Positions 1 to 11,500 of a DNA stretch of 64,000 nt are shown piece by piece (the first letter of the stretch is position 1; each line of letters opens with the position of its first letter). The position numbers were made by a program, and so were the translations under genes. The notes under the pieces are model-generated. The model saw only the letters and a program-made list of their open reading frames with translations. It was not told where the DNA came from and made no database searches. The stretch comes from an uncultured euryarchaeote (GTDB taxonomy: Archaea > Thermoplasmatota > Poseidoniia > Poseidoniales > Poseidoniaceae): assembly GCA_937915175.1 (NCBI GenBank), contig CALDNA010000023.1, forward strand, positions 4,713-68,712. The letters are read 5' to 3'.

Positions 1-185
1 CAGGGAACCTTGACTCTAGAACATCCGCCGAAGTTCTCGCTTTGTTAAAACGAATCAATACGGAACACCAGACTACCTTCCTCATTGTAACGCACGATGC
101 CAGCATTGCTGAGTTGTGCGATCGAGTATTGCACATGGAAGACGGACTGATCATCAGCGATACATTGAGGACAGAGGAGGAATAG
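1..185 (+). CDS. ABC transporter ATP-binding protein, LolD/MacB-like (3' end only, truncated by window)
   Basis: Frame from nt 3 reads GNLDSRTSAEVLALLKRIN...FLIVTHDASIAELCDRVLHMEDG...EEE* (TAG 183-185). It shows the D-loop GNLD and H-loop VTHD of LolD-type ATPases. Not in the ORF track. Confidence 0.9.
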   Translation, partial: GNLDSRTSAEVLALLKRINTEHQTTFLIVTHDASIAELCDRVLHMEDGLIISDTLRTEEE

Positions 186-190
186 TCCTG

Positions 191-3100
191 TTGCTGCCGC
201 TCATTCTGCTGTCGTTCACGTTGGCCGTGGTGGCTGGCGCAGCGACATGGAATTTGACGCGGAGCCACTCAGTGTCCTTGGGGCCCGCAGTGGTGCTGGT
301 TGTTGCACCTGTGGCCGACGGTTGTGTTGCTTATCTTGTCCTTCAATGGTGCTCCATCACTGGAGCAACTGGATTTGTTGGCGCTCTTTCCTTCGGGCTC
401 CTTTCAATGATATTTATCCAACCCTTGCTTGTCCCTCAGCGCCTTGTTGTTTGGACCATTGCCAAAGAAACAGTGCTGCGCAGGAAACGTCAAGCCGCTC
501 TTTTGATGATTGGCCTCATCATCGCTTCAGCCATTATCACCTCTTCCTTGGTGGTTGGCGATTCACTCGACGCGACCGTCCAGTCTGAGGTTGAGGCTGA
601 GTGGGATCAAACAGACATCACGATTGGAGGACTTGATCTCTCCACTGGCGAGCGAGTCTTACTGAAGGAGCGCGTTGCATCCGATTTGTGGCGTTTAATT
701 GAACAAGACGCGACCATCCAGACCGAAGTGACGGGCCAGCAGCAAGGGCTCATCGCTGGTGCGAGCATCGAGTCAGCAGCACGCTCAATCCCAACCGTGA
801 CGTGGTTGGCGTTCAACGGATCGATTGATGCCTCAGGTATCTGGCCGGGCCTTGGTGGTTCAAGCGGGACCACCTACGGTGCTATTGAACTCATCAATGG
901 AGAAGAACGTCCACTCAGCGTTGTGATCAACAAAGTGTTGGCCGAAGAACTCAGCCTCGTCGCCGGTGACGGCGTTGAATTGGGTTGGTACATTACAACC
1001 GAAGGAAAGAGGGAACGGGTGACTCAAAACGCAACCATCATTCAGGTGGTGAAAAACACCGGACAGGCTGCCTTGGCGGGTACCACTTCCCCCGCCATGT
1101 TCACCGACTTAGCAACCGCTCAACGCCTGCAAGGTGTGGGGGACAAAATCAACACCGTGCACTATGCAGTGGCTTCCAGTCACGAAAATGCGGCAGCAAT
1201 CAAGCCCATTGTCGAAACCATCGAAAGGCATCTCGATGAGGTGCTAAAGGCGGAAGACGTCGGATTGGAATTGGATTTTGAGGCTTCAACGAGCTCCCTG
1301 AGTGTATCTTCAAGCATCGGCCTTGGCCGGATTTCAGGGGATGACCTTTTGGCGCTTCGAGGCAACATTTCTGAATTTGGTATGGCTTCAATGCTTGAAG
1401 TCTTGCAAGTTCCATTGATCGAATTCAACTATGATGATGAAGCACTGCTCACTCTTTCTTCGGCTGGCATCACCAACCTCGATGCGGGTAATCGTGGCCT
1501 ATGGCACGCTACGGGCACTGGATTCGGCGTACAGATCGATGGAGCAGGCGAGGCATGGATGTGGCGCGTGCCTGATGGAGGGTCCGTCAATGGCTTCTCC
1601 CTTTCCAGCGATGGCCTGTTCGGTGCGGTTGCTCATGACGGTGGACTTCTTGTTGGTTCTGAAAATGAATTGGATGATGAGTTCTACGCTCAGTACGAGG
1701 CGCAAGGGCAATTCCACGCCTTGGCTGCAAACCAGATGGGATGGTGGGCCATTGAATCAACGGACACAACCCTCTACCTCCACTCCTTTTCCAACGATCT
1801 CTCAACACACGAACAACGAGCGATCAACATTGATGTTCCTTCCAAAATCTTGGGCGTGGAGTTTTCAGTTGATCAGGGCATGCATCTTGAGATTGAGGGC
1901 TTGCTCTCTGTTGAGCGATACGCTGCACCGCAAGTCAGTTTAGGCAGCAATTTCACACCCTTTTCGAACGGTGAATGGCCATCATTTGAATCCAACGTGG
2001 CGTCGGTTGACTTGCACGAGCGCTGCGACGGGAGTGCTTCAATCAGTTTGTTCATTCCAGTTCAACACTGGTGCAGTTTCAATGGTGGCTTGTTGCGTTG
2101 GGACGCAGCCAGTCAGGCTGTTGATTCGGTGCGCATCCCAGTGTTGTCGAGCGCAGGTGGCTTTGGAACCATGCCACAAATGCTCTTGGCTTTTGGTGGT
2201 GCAGACGCTCCGTTTGTTGTTGAAAACCAAACCGTTCTGATCAGTCAGCGACTCAGCGACCTGAACTTGACCGCAGGGACGAGCGACTTCTGGATGAAGG
2301 GACTAATCCCCTACGCGTTCGGGGATGACACTGCTTATCGACTCACCAACGCTGGATATTACACAGATGTAGAAGGTTTGGAAGGCCTTTCTGAACTTGA
2401 TGGAGTTGTGCTTGGCCTAATTTCACTCACCGATGCGGAACAATTGGCTTCCGCTGCAGAAAACGAACGAAACCTCGTGGTCCTTTCACCAGCGGTCGAG
2501 GGTGACGATTCATCACTCCCAATGCTTCAAGCATGGTTTGACGAGCGGGCCACAGCCGAGGATGTCAACCTCAATGTTCGGGCGGTGAAAGTTGAAGCCG
2601 CTGCTTTAGCAGCAGAATCATCCGGAGTTTTAGCGGGCATGTTCTTGGTGTTCGGTTCTTTTACCATCGCAGCGGGCGTGCTTTTGGTCCTCACCATCGT
2701 GCTGATGCTTGCTGAGGCTCGGCGCAGTGAGTTGGGCACGTTGCGCTCGCTTGGTATGTCTCAATCTGATGTCCGCTCGTTGGCTGTGATGGAAGGTTCG
2801 ATGATCGCAGGTGTCTCGGGAATCGTCGGTGCAGTGGTAGGTCTTGGGCTTGCTTGGTTCATCAGCATCGGATTCCAAAGCATGTTTTCTTCGGTTGGAG
2901 AAGACGTACCATTTTTGTTTGAATGGACCATGAGTTCCATTTTTGCAGGCTGGGCATGGGGCTTTTTGTTAGCTTTAATCACTCTATGGAGCACCGCAGT
3001 TTGGACGGCTCGAACCAACATTGTCGTCGCCTTGAGGGGTGGAAGAGAAGCACGCTCGGATTCAGTTTCATGGATGCTTGTGTTGATGCAAATTATCTTT

Positions 3101-4792
3101 TTCGGAGCAGGAACGCTTTGCCTCGCTTTGCTTGCTGTTGTTGGATTGAACAGCTCGTTTGCATATTTTGCTTGGGTCGTCGCCGGAGTTTGCTATCTGA
3201 TTTGCTTGGTTCCCGCAGTTACCTTAGAGGTGCCAACACTTTTGCGCCAACGCTCGAAGAGGTGGTCGAATCTTCACCGTCATGCTGGACGTAATACCCT
3301 TGCTGCGCTCGGTTTTTCCCTTCTCATTTGGACGGTCGGGCTTCATTCGTTTGATCCTATTCGAAAAGGCATGACGCCCGATGAGTTGTCGTTCATCGTC
3401 TTAGGCCTTGTCGAAGTGTTCGCCGGCGTTTTGCTGCTGACAAGCGCTGCACCAGTTCTCGTTGGCCGGCTTGGCAAGTCGAAAATAATGACCAAGCGGT
3501 TTGGACCTGTGTTGCCCGTTGCCCTTGCCCACCCATTGGCTGCGCCGGTGCGCACAGCGGTGGTGATGGGTATGTTCTCGATTACGGTGTTCTCGGTCAT
3601 CGTGCTCAGTGGGTATGCAGAACAATTCGATAACTACTCCAGTTCCTTTGTCGAAGAGGCTGAAGGGGAGTATGAACTCCTGTTGACCGGTTCTCGGGCT
3701 CGACCGATCGAATTGCCTGATTCACCCGAAGAGTGGAATCTTTCCTCACCCGTGGCATCCTCCATTGATTCAGTCGCTCGCATTCACAGAAGCCAGGTGT
3801 TCTTGGAGAACAGCGAAGGCGATAGAATGCCCTACCTTCTAAGGGGCTTCGATGAGAACTTTTCCGATCACGGTGGATTGCCATTATACCAGTGGGATAA
3901 GAGCCTTGGCGCAACCGCAACCGAGGCATGGATGACCGTTGGCGCACGCGAAGATTTGGTGATCTTGGATGCCTCCTTTGGACTTGAATCCATAGCCGAT
4001 GGAAGCGGTTTTACCATGCTTAGTTTTTCAATTGGAGAATCAATTTCGCTAATTGATACCTCGAACCCAGGAAACACTCGAAATGTCAAGGTTGCAGGGT
4101 TCATGGAACAATCTTCATATCTGTTCTCAGCAGGTGTTTGGATCTCTGATGATGTGGCCATCGAACAGTTCGATGGGCGGCTGACGCGAATGTATGTGAG
4201 CGTTGACGATTCTGCTCAACCATCGGCTGAATTCGAAGGCAGTCAAGGGGCCTCTTCTCCGATTGGGAAATCATCTGATGTTCGAAGCGCATCGGCGGAA
4301 CTCGCCGAAGATTTGGAACGCTCCCTCAACAGCGAAGGCGTCCAAGCCTCAGTCATCGCCGAAGACGTGATGGTGATACAATCGCTCGTCCTAGCGCTAT
4401 TGGCTATTTTTGAGGCTTACTTGTCGCTCGGGTTGATTGTTGGTATCGCTGGAATCGGGGTGGTCACGGTGCGCTCTGTGTCAGAACGGACCAAAACCAT
4501 CGGCGTGCTTCGTGCTCTAGGTTACAAACGAAGCATGGTGATGGCCACCTTCATGGTGGAAGTGGTTTGGGTCGCGGTCTTTGGAATGCTCAACGGGGTA
4601 CTCATAGCCATTGGTTTCCATAGGGCCCTTTACGACACTTTTTGGAAAGATCAAGGGGCAGTGTTCAGTTTGCCGTATGACTCAATTGTTGGGGTGTTGG
4701 TCGGAGGCCTGGTGATGGTGTTGCTTGCAACAGCATATCCAATTCGAAAAGCCTCGATGGTCCCACCATCGGCAGCGCTACGTGAAGCATGA
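191..4792 (+). CDS. FtsX/MacB-like (type VII) ABC transporter permease with two permease repeats and large extracellular domains, ~1533 aa
   Basis: Motifs RRKRQAALLMIGLII..., EARRSELGTLRSLGM and SERTKTIGVLRALGY; C-terminal PIRKASMVPPSAALRE. Start moved from 116 to TTG 191, which follows GAGGAGG and the upstream stop codon. Confidence 0.88.
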   Translation: MLPLILLSFTLAVVAGAATWNLTRSHSVSLGPAVVLVVAPVADGCVAYLVLQWCSITGATGFVGALSFGLLSMIFIQPLLVPQRLVVWTIAKETVLRRKRQAALLMIGLIIASAIITSSLVVGDSLDATVQSEVEAEWDQTDITIGGLDLSTGERVLLKERVASDLWRLIEQDATIQTEVTGQQQGLIAGASIESAARSIPTVTWLAFNGSIDASGIWPGLGGSSGTTYGAIELINGEERPLSVVINKVLAEELSLVAGDGVELGWYITTEGKRERVTQNATIIQVVKNTGQAALAGTTSPAMFTDLATAQRLQGVGDKINTVHYAVASSHENAAAIKPIVETIERHLDEVLKAEDVGLELDFEASTSSLSVSSSIGLGRISGDDLLALRGNISEFGMASMLEVLQVPLIEFNYDDEALLTLSSAGITNLDAGNRGLWHATGTGFGVQIDGAGEAWMWRVPDGGSVNGFSLSSDGLFGAVAHDGGLLVGSENELDDEFYAQYEAQGQFHALAANQMGWWAIESTDTTLYLHSFSNDLSTHEQRAINIDVPSKILGVEFSVDQGMHLEIEGLLSVERYAAPQVSLGSNFTPFSNGEWPSFESNVASVDLHERCDGSASISLFIPVQHWCSFNGGLLRWDAASQAVDSVRIPVLSSAGGFGTMPQMLLAFGGADAPFVVENQTVLISQRLSDLNLTAGTSDFWMKGLIPYAFGDDTAYRLTNAGYYTDVEGLEGLSELDGVVLGLISLTDAEQLASAAENERNLVVLSPAVEGDDSSLPMLQAWFDERATAEDVNLNVRAVKVEAAALAAESSGVLAGMFLVFGSFTIAAGVLLVLTIVLMLAEARRSELGTLRSLGMSQSDVRSLAVMEGSMIAGVSGIVGAVVGLGLAWFISIGFQSMFSSVGEDVPFLFEWTMSSIFAGWAWGFLLALITLWSTAVWTARTNIVVALRGGREARSDSVSWMLVLMQIIFFGAGTLCLALLAVVGLNSSFAYFAWVVAGVCYLICLVPAVTLEVPTLLRQRSKRWSNLHRHAGRNTLAALGFSLLIWTVGLHSFDPIRKGMTPDELSFIVLGLVEVFAGVLLLTSAAPVLVGRLGKSKIMTKRFGPVLPVALAHPLAAPVRTAVVMGMFSITVFSVIVLSGYAEQFDNYSSSFVEEAEGEYELLLTGSRARPIELPDSPEEWNLSSPVASSIDSVARIHRSQVFLENSEGDRMPYLLRGFDENFSDHGGLPLYQWDKSLGATATEAWMTVGAREDLVILDASFGLESIADGSGFTMLSFSIGESISLIDTSNPGNTRNVKVAGFMEQSSYLFSAGVWISDDVAIEQFDGRLTRMYVSVDDSAQPSAEFEGSQGASSPIGKSSDVRSASAELAEDLERSLNSEGVQASVIAEDVMVIQSLVLALLAIFEAYLSLGLIVGIAGIGVVTVRSVSERTKTIGVLRALGYKRSMVMATFMVEVVWVAVFGMLNGVLIAIGFHRALYDTFWKDQGAVFSLPYDSIVGVLVGGLVMVLLATAYPIRKASMVPPSAALREA

Positions 4793-4957
4793 AAATTGGG
4801 TTTAAGATTAAGACTTCAATCTCAAGTCCGAGATAAAAAACGACTAGAACTGAAGTTCTTGGCATCTGCGTAGAAGTCGTTCGGGGTACTGCGCATGGTT
4901 TATCGTTGACCGTTATGCGTTTTCTTCAATTCTTCTACACAAACATTGTTCCTATAG

Positions 4958-5004
4958 TATAAATACGACGCATGATGTGAGAGGGAGTACCGAACCATCG
5001 GAGG
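4958..5004 (+). promoter_or_regulatory. Canonical TATA box (TATAAATA 4958-4965) and Shine-Dalgarno (GGAGG 5000-5004) of the 1027-aa surface protein gene
   Basis: Seen directly in the intergenic region upstream of ATG 5012. Confidence 0.6.
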
Positions 5005-5011
5005 AATTGAA

Positions 5012-8000
5012 ATGAACAAGACAACCCCTATGATTCTCGTTGCAATGTTGATGCTAAGTCTACTGGCTAGTATTGACATCACCGAGCTTGAAGAAACCAT
5101 TGAAGTTGACGACAGCAGCGCCCGTGCGGGAGCAGATGCCGAAGTCATCGCCATTACCAGCCCGAAAGAAACCACCTGTACAAATGCAGGATGCCGAAAC
5201 ACCCTGAATGCAGGCGAAGACACAGGATTCGAAGCCTACATCCAGAACAGCGGCGATGCTGATATCACCGAATTGGCTTACACCGTTAACGTGTGGCTGT
5301 CCGATGGTAACGGCAACCCAACCATGCTCGCAAAGGATGCTGCTGGAAACGATCTCTCGTACTCCAACGCAAACGTGATGTGTGGTCAAGGCTGTGATTT
5401 CTCATCCATTACCAATCCACTTACTGCAGGCAGCGTCTTAGGAGGCGGCAAGTACACCCTCCAATACCAAGGCAACCCAATTGTCTGGACGCCAATCGTT
5501 GGTGACTACATCATCGAAGTTGTTGCAGACACGCCATCTGACGCAGACGCAGGAAACGACGCTCAGACCATCGAGGTCAGCGTCGTCAACTGGTATGACA
5601 TTCAAGTCGATCTGTCTTGGGACAGTGGCAAAGCCGCAGAATCTGGCTCAGGCGTCAAGGCTTGGACAATGACTGTTATCGCAAACGGCTCTGACACCTT
5701 CAATCCACGAGACGTTCTCGTTCGCCTCAAGGGCAGCGGCGACATCACGGCCCTCCAATCCGACAGTGGTACAGATTTGTACGCTGACGCATTCTATGAC
5801 GTCGCAGTTGGAAGTTCCACCACTGTTGAAGTGTTCACCAACGTTTCGACCGACCCACCAACGATCACCAACGGAACCCGAAACGTTCTCTCATACATGA
5901 CCGAATGGACCTTCGGCGGCAGCCTCACCTTTGATGCAAACAACGCCGATGCTTCCTACGGACTCTCTGCAGAGTTGATGAGTTACACTCAATACAGCCA
6001 ATGGGATTCATGCATTGAAACAGACCCAACCAACAACGAGACTTACAACAACGTCTGTGAAGAAGAATTCACTCAGGATTCCTATCCAAACACCAACGAA
6101 GATGAAATTCTCGGCAGCGCAAGCACGTACCACGACATCCGTGTTGCTCGCATGACCGTTGCTCAAGGCTACAACGCAGACGGGACAGGAAACCCGACCA
6201 GCATGATGAGCGACGACGCTCCTGCTGACCTCAACGTCGGTGTCTCTTACTTCCACGTTGAAGTTGAACACCGAGGAAGCGACGCAAGCGTGAACTACGA
6301 ATGGAACGTTACGCTGATGGTCACCGATGCAACGGGAACAGAAAACACCGTTGTCGCTAATTCCTGCCAGACTGGTATTGAACCTTCATACATGTACAAG
6401 CCTCTTGGTACCGCTCAGACACTCGATGCTGACGGCAACCCGACTGGCGCAGGCGAACTCACTGGCTATGCTTGCATGATGGTGAACCTTGACGCAGGCG
6501 AACACATGTTCGACGCAGTTCTAACACTCGAAGGAAAAACTGATGACGCACGACCATCCAACAACGATCGCAGCATGACCGTGGACGTTCGCAACAACAA
6601 CCCTCTCATCCTATCCTTGGACTTGATGAATGAAGGTGAATTGTTCACCAATCAAGAAGTACCACTTCAGATGTCCGCTCAGGTCTTTGACGTTGATGAA
6701 CCATCTGGAATGGGCTTGGAATACTCCTGGTCTAACGCTGGTACTGAATTGCCAGGTTGCGAGCGCTCTGCCACCGCACAAACCTGCACCGTTCCAATCC
6801 TTGACTCGTACGTTACCGCATTCCCGGTCTCGTTCACAGTCTTCGATTCAAACGGCGGATCGACCAGTGAAGAATTGATGCTCACGATTTGGAACAACGG
6901 TGGTGCTTCGGCTACAACCGCTTCCGGAATCGCAGTGTCTTACTCAATCAAGTACTTTGCACCAAGCGCATTCTCCTTGACTGCAGTCGATGCAGACCTC
7001 GCTAACTTCGCCAACAAGGAACTTCCAGGCTACTCTGGAACCTACAGCGCAGTCGGCGCCGTGGATTACGCACCAGGTACCACCTTCTCCGCTTCTGACG
7101 TCCTCACACAATCGATGGATGTCACCGTGGCTAAGGACCTCGGAGCAACTTCGCTCTGGTACGTTAACGATGCAGGAACTTGGGCCTTGCTTACTTCCGA
7201 TACCGTCGATGTTGACGCTACAACCGAGATGTTCGAGTACGATTTCGCTGCAGACAGGCCAGTGCTCCCAGGAGGCGCTCTTGTGCTCATGGGCGGTTCA
7301 CTCGCTCAAGCAGATGTCCCTGATGCAAGCATCACTGGATTCAGCGCAGCAGCAGCAAAGGGTGGAGCAATTGTCCTTAATTGGAACGTTGACGGCACTA
7401 TGCTCGCTTCCGACAGCATCGACGTCACCATCTGTAAAGGCGAAGCTGGCTGCACCGATGCGTTCACCACTGGACTTGGTGTTGGAACAAGCACCTTCTC
7501 CTACTCAGGATCGAACACCGACCACGGTGCATTCTACAACGTTGTTGTCGAGATTTGCAACGAAGTTGGATGCAGCACCCCAAAGGGTGTTGCAAACGTT
7601 ACTGCTGACAAAGCAGTTGACGGAGGCGTCTCCGCTATGGACATGTCAGTGTCAGAAAACGGCGAGAAGTGGATCGTGAACTGGGACGCAACAGGCGAAA
7701 CCGCCGATGTCGCATCTTGGAACGTGTGCTACCAACGTGGCACCTTCGATGCAGCTAACATGCCAACCACCTGTGCTTCGACCGTTACGACTGATGTGGA
7801 AATCGACAAGCCTACCGCTAGCGGTACCTACACGTACCACTTCACAGCGGTACCAGTCGATGCGCTTGGTAACACAGCAGCAGCACCATCGTTGAACAGC
7901 ATTGACTACCAACGAGATGCAGACACCTCCAACGTCGATGATGGCACAAACACCACCGGCGACGTTGTTGAAGGAGAAATCCCAGCACTTGCTTGGGGCG

Positions 8001-8095
8001 CCATTGCTGGCGTTGTCATCGCAGCCTTCGTTGTTGGCGCATTCATCCTCTCCCGTGGTGGAGATGACGAAGAGAACAAAGATTGGGATTACTGA
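5012..8095 (+). CDS. Secreted, C-terminally membrane-anchored multi-Ig/FN3-like cell-surface protein, 1027 aa
   Basis: Signal peptide MNKTTPMILVAMLMLSLLAS. Acidic T/S/D/G-rich beta-sandwich repeats with CARDB-like ends (DADAGNDAQTIEV, DARPSNNDRSMTV) and FN3-like units. TM AWGAIAGVVIAAFVVGAFIL followed by RGGDDEENKDWDY. Confidence 0.8.
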   Translation: MNKTTPMILVAMLMLSLLASIDITELEETIEVDDSSARAGADAEVIAITSPKETTCTNAGCRNTLNAGEDTGFEAYIQNSGDADITELAYTVNVWLSDGNGNPTMLAKDAAGNDLSYSNANVMCGQGCDFSSITNPLTAGSVLGGGKYTLQYQGNPIVWTPIVGDYIIEVVADTPSDADAGNDAQTIEVSVVNWYDIQVDLSWDSGKAAESGSGVKAWTMTVIANGSDTFNPRDVLVRLKGSGDITALQSDSGTDLYADAFYDVAVGSSTTVEVFTNVSTDPPTITNGTRNVLSYMTEWTFGGSLTFDANNADASYGLSAELMSYTQYSQWDSCIETDPTNNETYNNVCEEEFTQDSYPNTNEDEILGSASTYHDIRVARMTVAQGYNADGTGNPTSMMSDDAPADLNVGVSYFHVEVEHRGSDASVNYEWNVTLMVTDATGTENTVVANSCQTGIEPSYMYKPLGTAQTLDADGNPTGAGELTGYACMMVNLDAGEHMFDAVLTLEGKTDDARPSNNDRSMTVDVRNNNPLILSLDLMNEGELFTNQEVPLQMSAQVFDVDEPSGMGLEYSWSNAGTELPGCERSATAQTCTVPILDSYVTAFPVSFTVFDSNGGSTSEELMLTIWNNGGASATTASGIAVSYSIKYFAPSAFSLTAVDADLANFANKELPGYSGTYSAVGAVDYAPGTTFSASDVLTQSMDVTVAKDLGATSLWYVNDAGTWALLTSDTVDVDATTEMFEYDFAADRPVLPGGALVLMGGSLAQADVPDASITGFSAAAAKGGAIVLNWNVDGTMLASDSIDVTICKGEAGCTDAFTTGLGVGTSTFSYSGSNTDHGAFYNVVVEICNEVGCSTPKGVANVTADKAVDGGVSAMDMSVSENGEKWIVNWDATGETADVASWNVCYQRGTFDAANMPTTCASTVTTDVEIDKPTASGTYTYHFTAVPVDALGNTAAAPSLNSIDYQRDADTSNVDDGTNTTGDVVEGEIPALAWGAIAGVVIAAFVVGAFILSRGGDDEENKDWDY

Positions 8096-8121
8096 TCACC
8101 AACCCGAGTTCTGAGCAACCG

Positions 8122-8200
8122 TCCCCTTGCGAGGGGAAGAGCCGCTGAGGGGGCCGTTTCGACGGCCCTCTCAGACCCTTACTTTCCTTTCCTTTTTTCA
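8122..8200 (+). terminator. Two GC-rich hairpins followed by a pyrimidine/U tract
   Basis: TCCCCT-TGCG-AGGGGA (8122-8137); CTGAGGGGGCCGT-TTCG-ACGGCCCTCTCAG (8145-8174, 13 bp, one G:U); then CCCTTACTTTCCTTTCCTTTTTT. Confidence 0.7.
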
Positions 8201-8511
8201 CAACACGAGAAAAGTTATTTTTTTATTTCAACCGATCTCCATTTTCATGCCGTCGTCGGCTCGTTTTTGGTCCCAGGTCGCTTACTGCTCTAACCTTAGA
8301 AATCTGTTTTATTTTATGCCCTCTTTTTTCATCGGCTTTTCTTGGAAATTAGTTTGATCTTTGGATGCGTTTTTTTTACTCGAATTGGGCCTCTGTATCA
8401 CGAATCCATATTCTATCTCAATCTTTGGATTCAAAGGTTTCGTACCCCAACTCCTATAAGGGGTGCAAAGCGTGGGATGCTTTGCATACAATCCGTATGG
8501 GTGAATGACAC

Positions 8512-11500
8512 ATGTTGGGAAATAAGAACACCAAGAGAACGTCAGTCTTCAGCGGCATTGGCATCGCACTGCTGTTGTGCGCTTTGATGGCCCTAATGCC
8601 TATGGCTGGGTTCGTCGACAACAACGCAGGCGACGTGGACTTTGTAGATACAAAGACCACAGCAGAGAATGATTTCTTTGCACTGCCAGAAGCTGTGAAG
8701 ACAACTGACTACGAACACGAACCATCCGATGAACTGATCGGCATGAGAGACCAAACGACCAAGACCTACATCACTGAAGATGGCAAGTTTGCGCAGCTAA
8801 ACCACGCTACGCCAGTCCACTTCATGGATGACAGCGGTGCATGGGAAGACATTGATTTGAATGTCGTCGCAACATCCAACGGTTGGGAAGTAACCGATAA
8901 CACCTACAGCACACATTTCGCTCCTGAAATGGCCTATGGTGTTGCGGTTCAACCAAACCAGTTTGTTGATCCTATCATCACTGGAATCGCACCAATGATC
9001 GTAACCCTGGACGAAACTGGCACTGCGCCACAACCGTACCACGTCGCACCTTCTGAAGAAGGCGTGACCGTTGGCGGTAACGTTCTACGGTACCCGATTG
9101 CAGAAGGCTTTGACCTCGACTACACCGTCGAGTCAACGCAACTCAAGCAGAACCTCGTCATCCGCGAGCGACCTGTGCTTGAGCCAAACGCTGCTTGGTT
9201 CGGTCTTTCGGAAACCATCCAAATTCCATCTGGTTTTGCACTCTACCTCGGCGACGAAATGCTCGGCGAAGACATGACGCAAACTCAGGAATCCCTTGAA
9301 ATCCGTCACATGGAAACTGGCGAACTGCTTGCAGAGATCCCAGTTCCTACCGTGATTGAAGAAGGGTCCGATGAACCATACACGGCTACCTACTTCATCC
9401 AAGTTTTCGGCCCACAGGTTGTCATTACGACAGCAGTGGAAGCTGACTGGTTGATGTCCGATGACCGTGTTTTCCCGCTTGCTATTGACCCGACCATCAA
9501 GGTCTACAGCAACGCTGGTGGTTACTGCTACCGCTACTACCGCAACTGCTACTCGAGTTCCTACCGGTACACGTACAAGTACTACTCGCAGATGCGTTAC
9601 ATGCCATGGCACCGTTACACATTCACTTCGAGCAACGCTCTTCCATCCGGCGCCACTGTTGACGCCATCAGCTGGAAGTCCTACCTCAACTACCGCTCCG
9701 GCTCGACCTCAACGTCAGTCACAGCAACAGTTCTCGAGAACTGTGGCTCACCAACGTTGTCATCCTACAGCCACACGATGCCGACTGGCACATGTTCAGG
9801 CGCACTCACCGCAAGCCAGATCCTCACTGGAAGCAGCTACAACTCTGCCGCTTCTCGCCGAATGATCACTTCCTTGTGGAACAGTCCGTCCTTCGACACG
9901 TACTCCATTGGTAGCAACGGTTGGAAGACCGCTGACATTTGTACTTCTGCTACAACCTGTGCTTCTGGCACAGCAGCAGGGTACATCACCTCGGCTCAAA
10001 CCAACGCTGGTACCGTCGGTATCGGTCAAAGAGTGTCTGCCTCGACTTACCTCTACAGTTACACACTGAACAGCGGTTCGTCGAACTCCTACATCCAAAT
10101 CACTTACTCTGGTGGTTCAGATACGGACGCTCCTCTATCGAACTTCGTTCCATACTCTGACGTGACTTCGTACGTTGAAGGTGCTCGCACATTCTTCACG
10201 ACCTTCACTGACATGTCTGGAATCGACACCACCACTGCTAACGCACCAACGCTCAACTACGCACTCAACAACGGTTCGTACACAAGCGTCGCCGCAACTA
10301 GCATTGGTACCTGCAGCGCAACATCGTCCGAGTGCCAATTCAAGGCTACAACGGCGACAATCTCTGCTGGTGACTACGTCGAGTACTACTGGAAGTTCCA
10401 AGATCTTAACACCGCTGGCGGTGCTAACGTTGGATACGACCCAGCCCTCACAGGTTCGCAAACCACTCCAACACCTTACTACTTCGCAGTAGAAGATGTT
10501 GCAGATGCTGGAGACGACAAGAAGCTCACAGTGAAGACAACCGATGTCCACGCTGCTGCTTACTACTCGCCTGGCGCTAACCAATACTTCGACCGACAGA
10601 TGACTCACTTCGACGGAAGCAACGAATACTACTTCGAATTCGACACCTCGTCTTGTGGAACCGGTAGCAACTCTTGCTTCTACTCCTCGTCGTACTACTT
10701 CTACTCGAACTGGATTGTTCAACACACAACAACCGCTTCGTCTGGATACAACGGTATGGGTGGAACCCGGTCGAACATCGACCAACTGCACTCTGATGAC
10801 GGTGGATACCTCACCATCTCTGCTGCAAATGGCCCTGGAATGAACCTCATGTACCTCTATGACAGTTCCAGCAATGCGTTTGCAATGGTCGGAATTGGAA
10901 CCTCGACTTCGATCTCTGATTCGTTGTCCGGCGGAACCTCTGCTGACAGCAGCCGGTCCTATGGTTACACCAATGCATACAAGATCACGCTCGGCTCCGA
11001 TTACGGCGGCATGTTTGGCAAGTTCGGATTCGGAAACGAAACCGCCGGTGCTGGAACAAACGCCAACCGACTTTGCGTGACCAGCAATGGATTCACCTAC
11101 TTCTGGCGCAGCCCATACAGTTCCTACAACGACTGCTCTCCTGCTTACTACTACGCTGGTGCCTACTCTGGTGTCACCAACTACAAGTGGAGCGGATTTG
11201 CTCTCGGTATGGGATACTACGGCCGAATCGCCTCAACCGGCGATGTCACCTACAAAATTGGTAACGTTGCACCAACACCTGATACGTTCAAGCCTGAATT
11301 CACCCATTCTGCGCTCGCTGATTCCCACAGCAAGGACCGAACGATCTCCGCAACACTTGCCGATGCAGGCGACCCACCAGCAGGTCTCAACGTGAGCACC
11401 TCTGCAGGCGTTGGTCCAACAATGTACTACCGTGTAACGCCTGATGGCGGCTCCGCTGGTTCTTGGACCTCTGTTGTCATGGCTCAAGAGTCTGGCAGCA

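Noticed and set aside
116-190. ORF-track N-terminal extensions (also 24858, 30971, 31623, 38424, 40848, 50118, 56171, 57118, 60806)
   Set aside because: They overlap neighbouring genes or promoters and precede the family-typical N-termini; downstream starts fit SD or promoter spacing better.
4802-4859. Imperfect inverted repeats (TTAAGATTAAG/TTCAATCTCAA; AGAACT-GA-AGTTCT) after the permease
   Set aside because: Short or mismatched in AT-rich DNA, and not distinguishable from chance.
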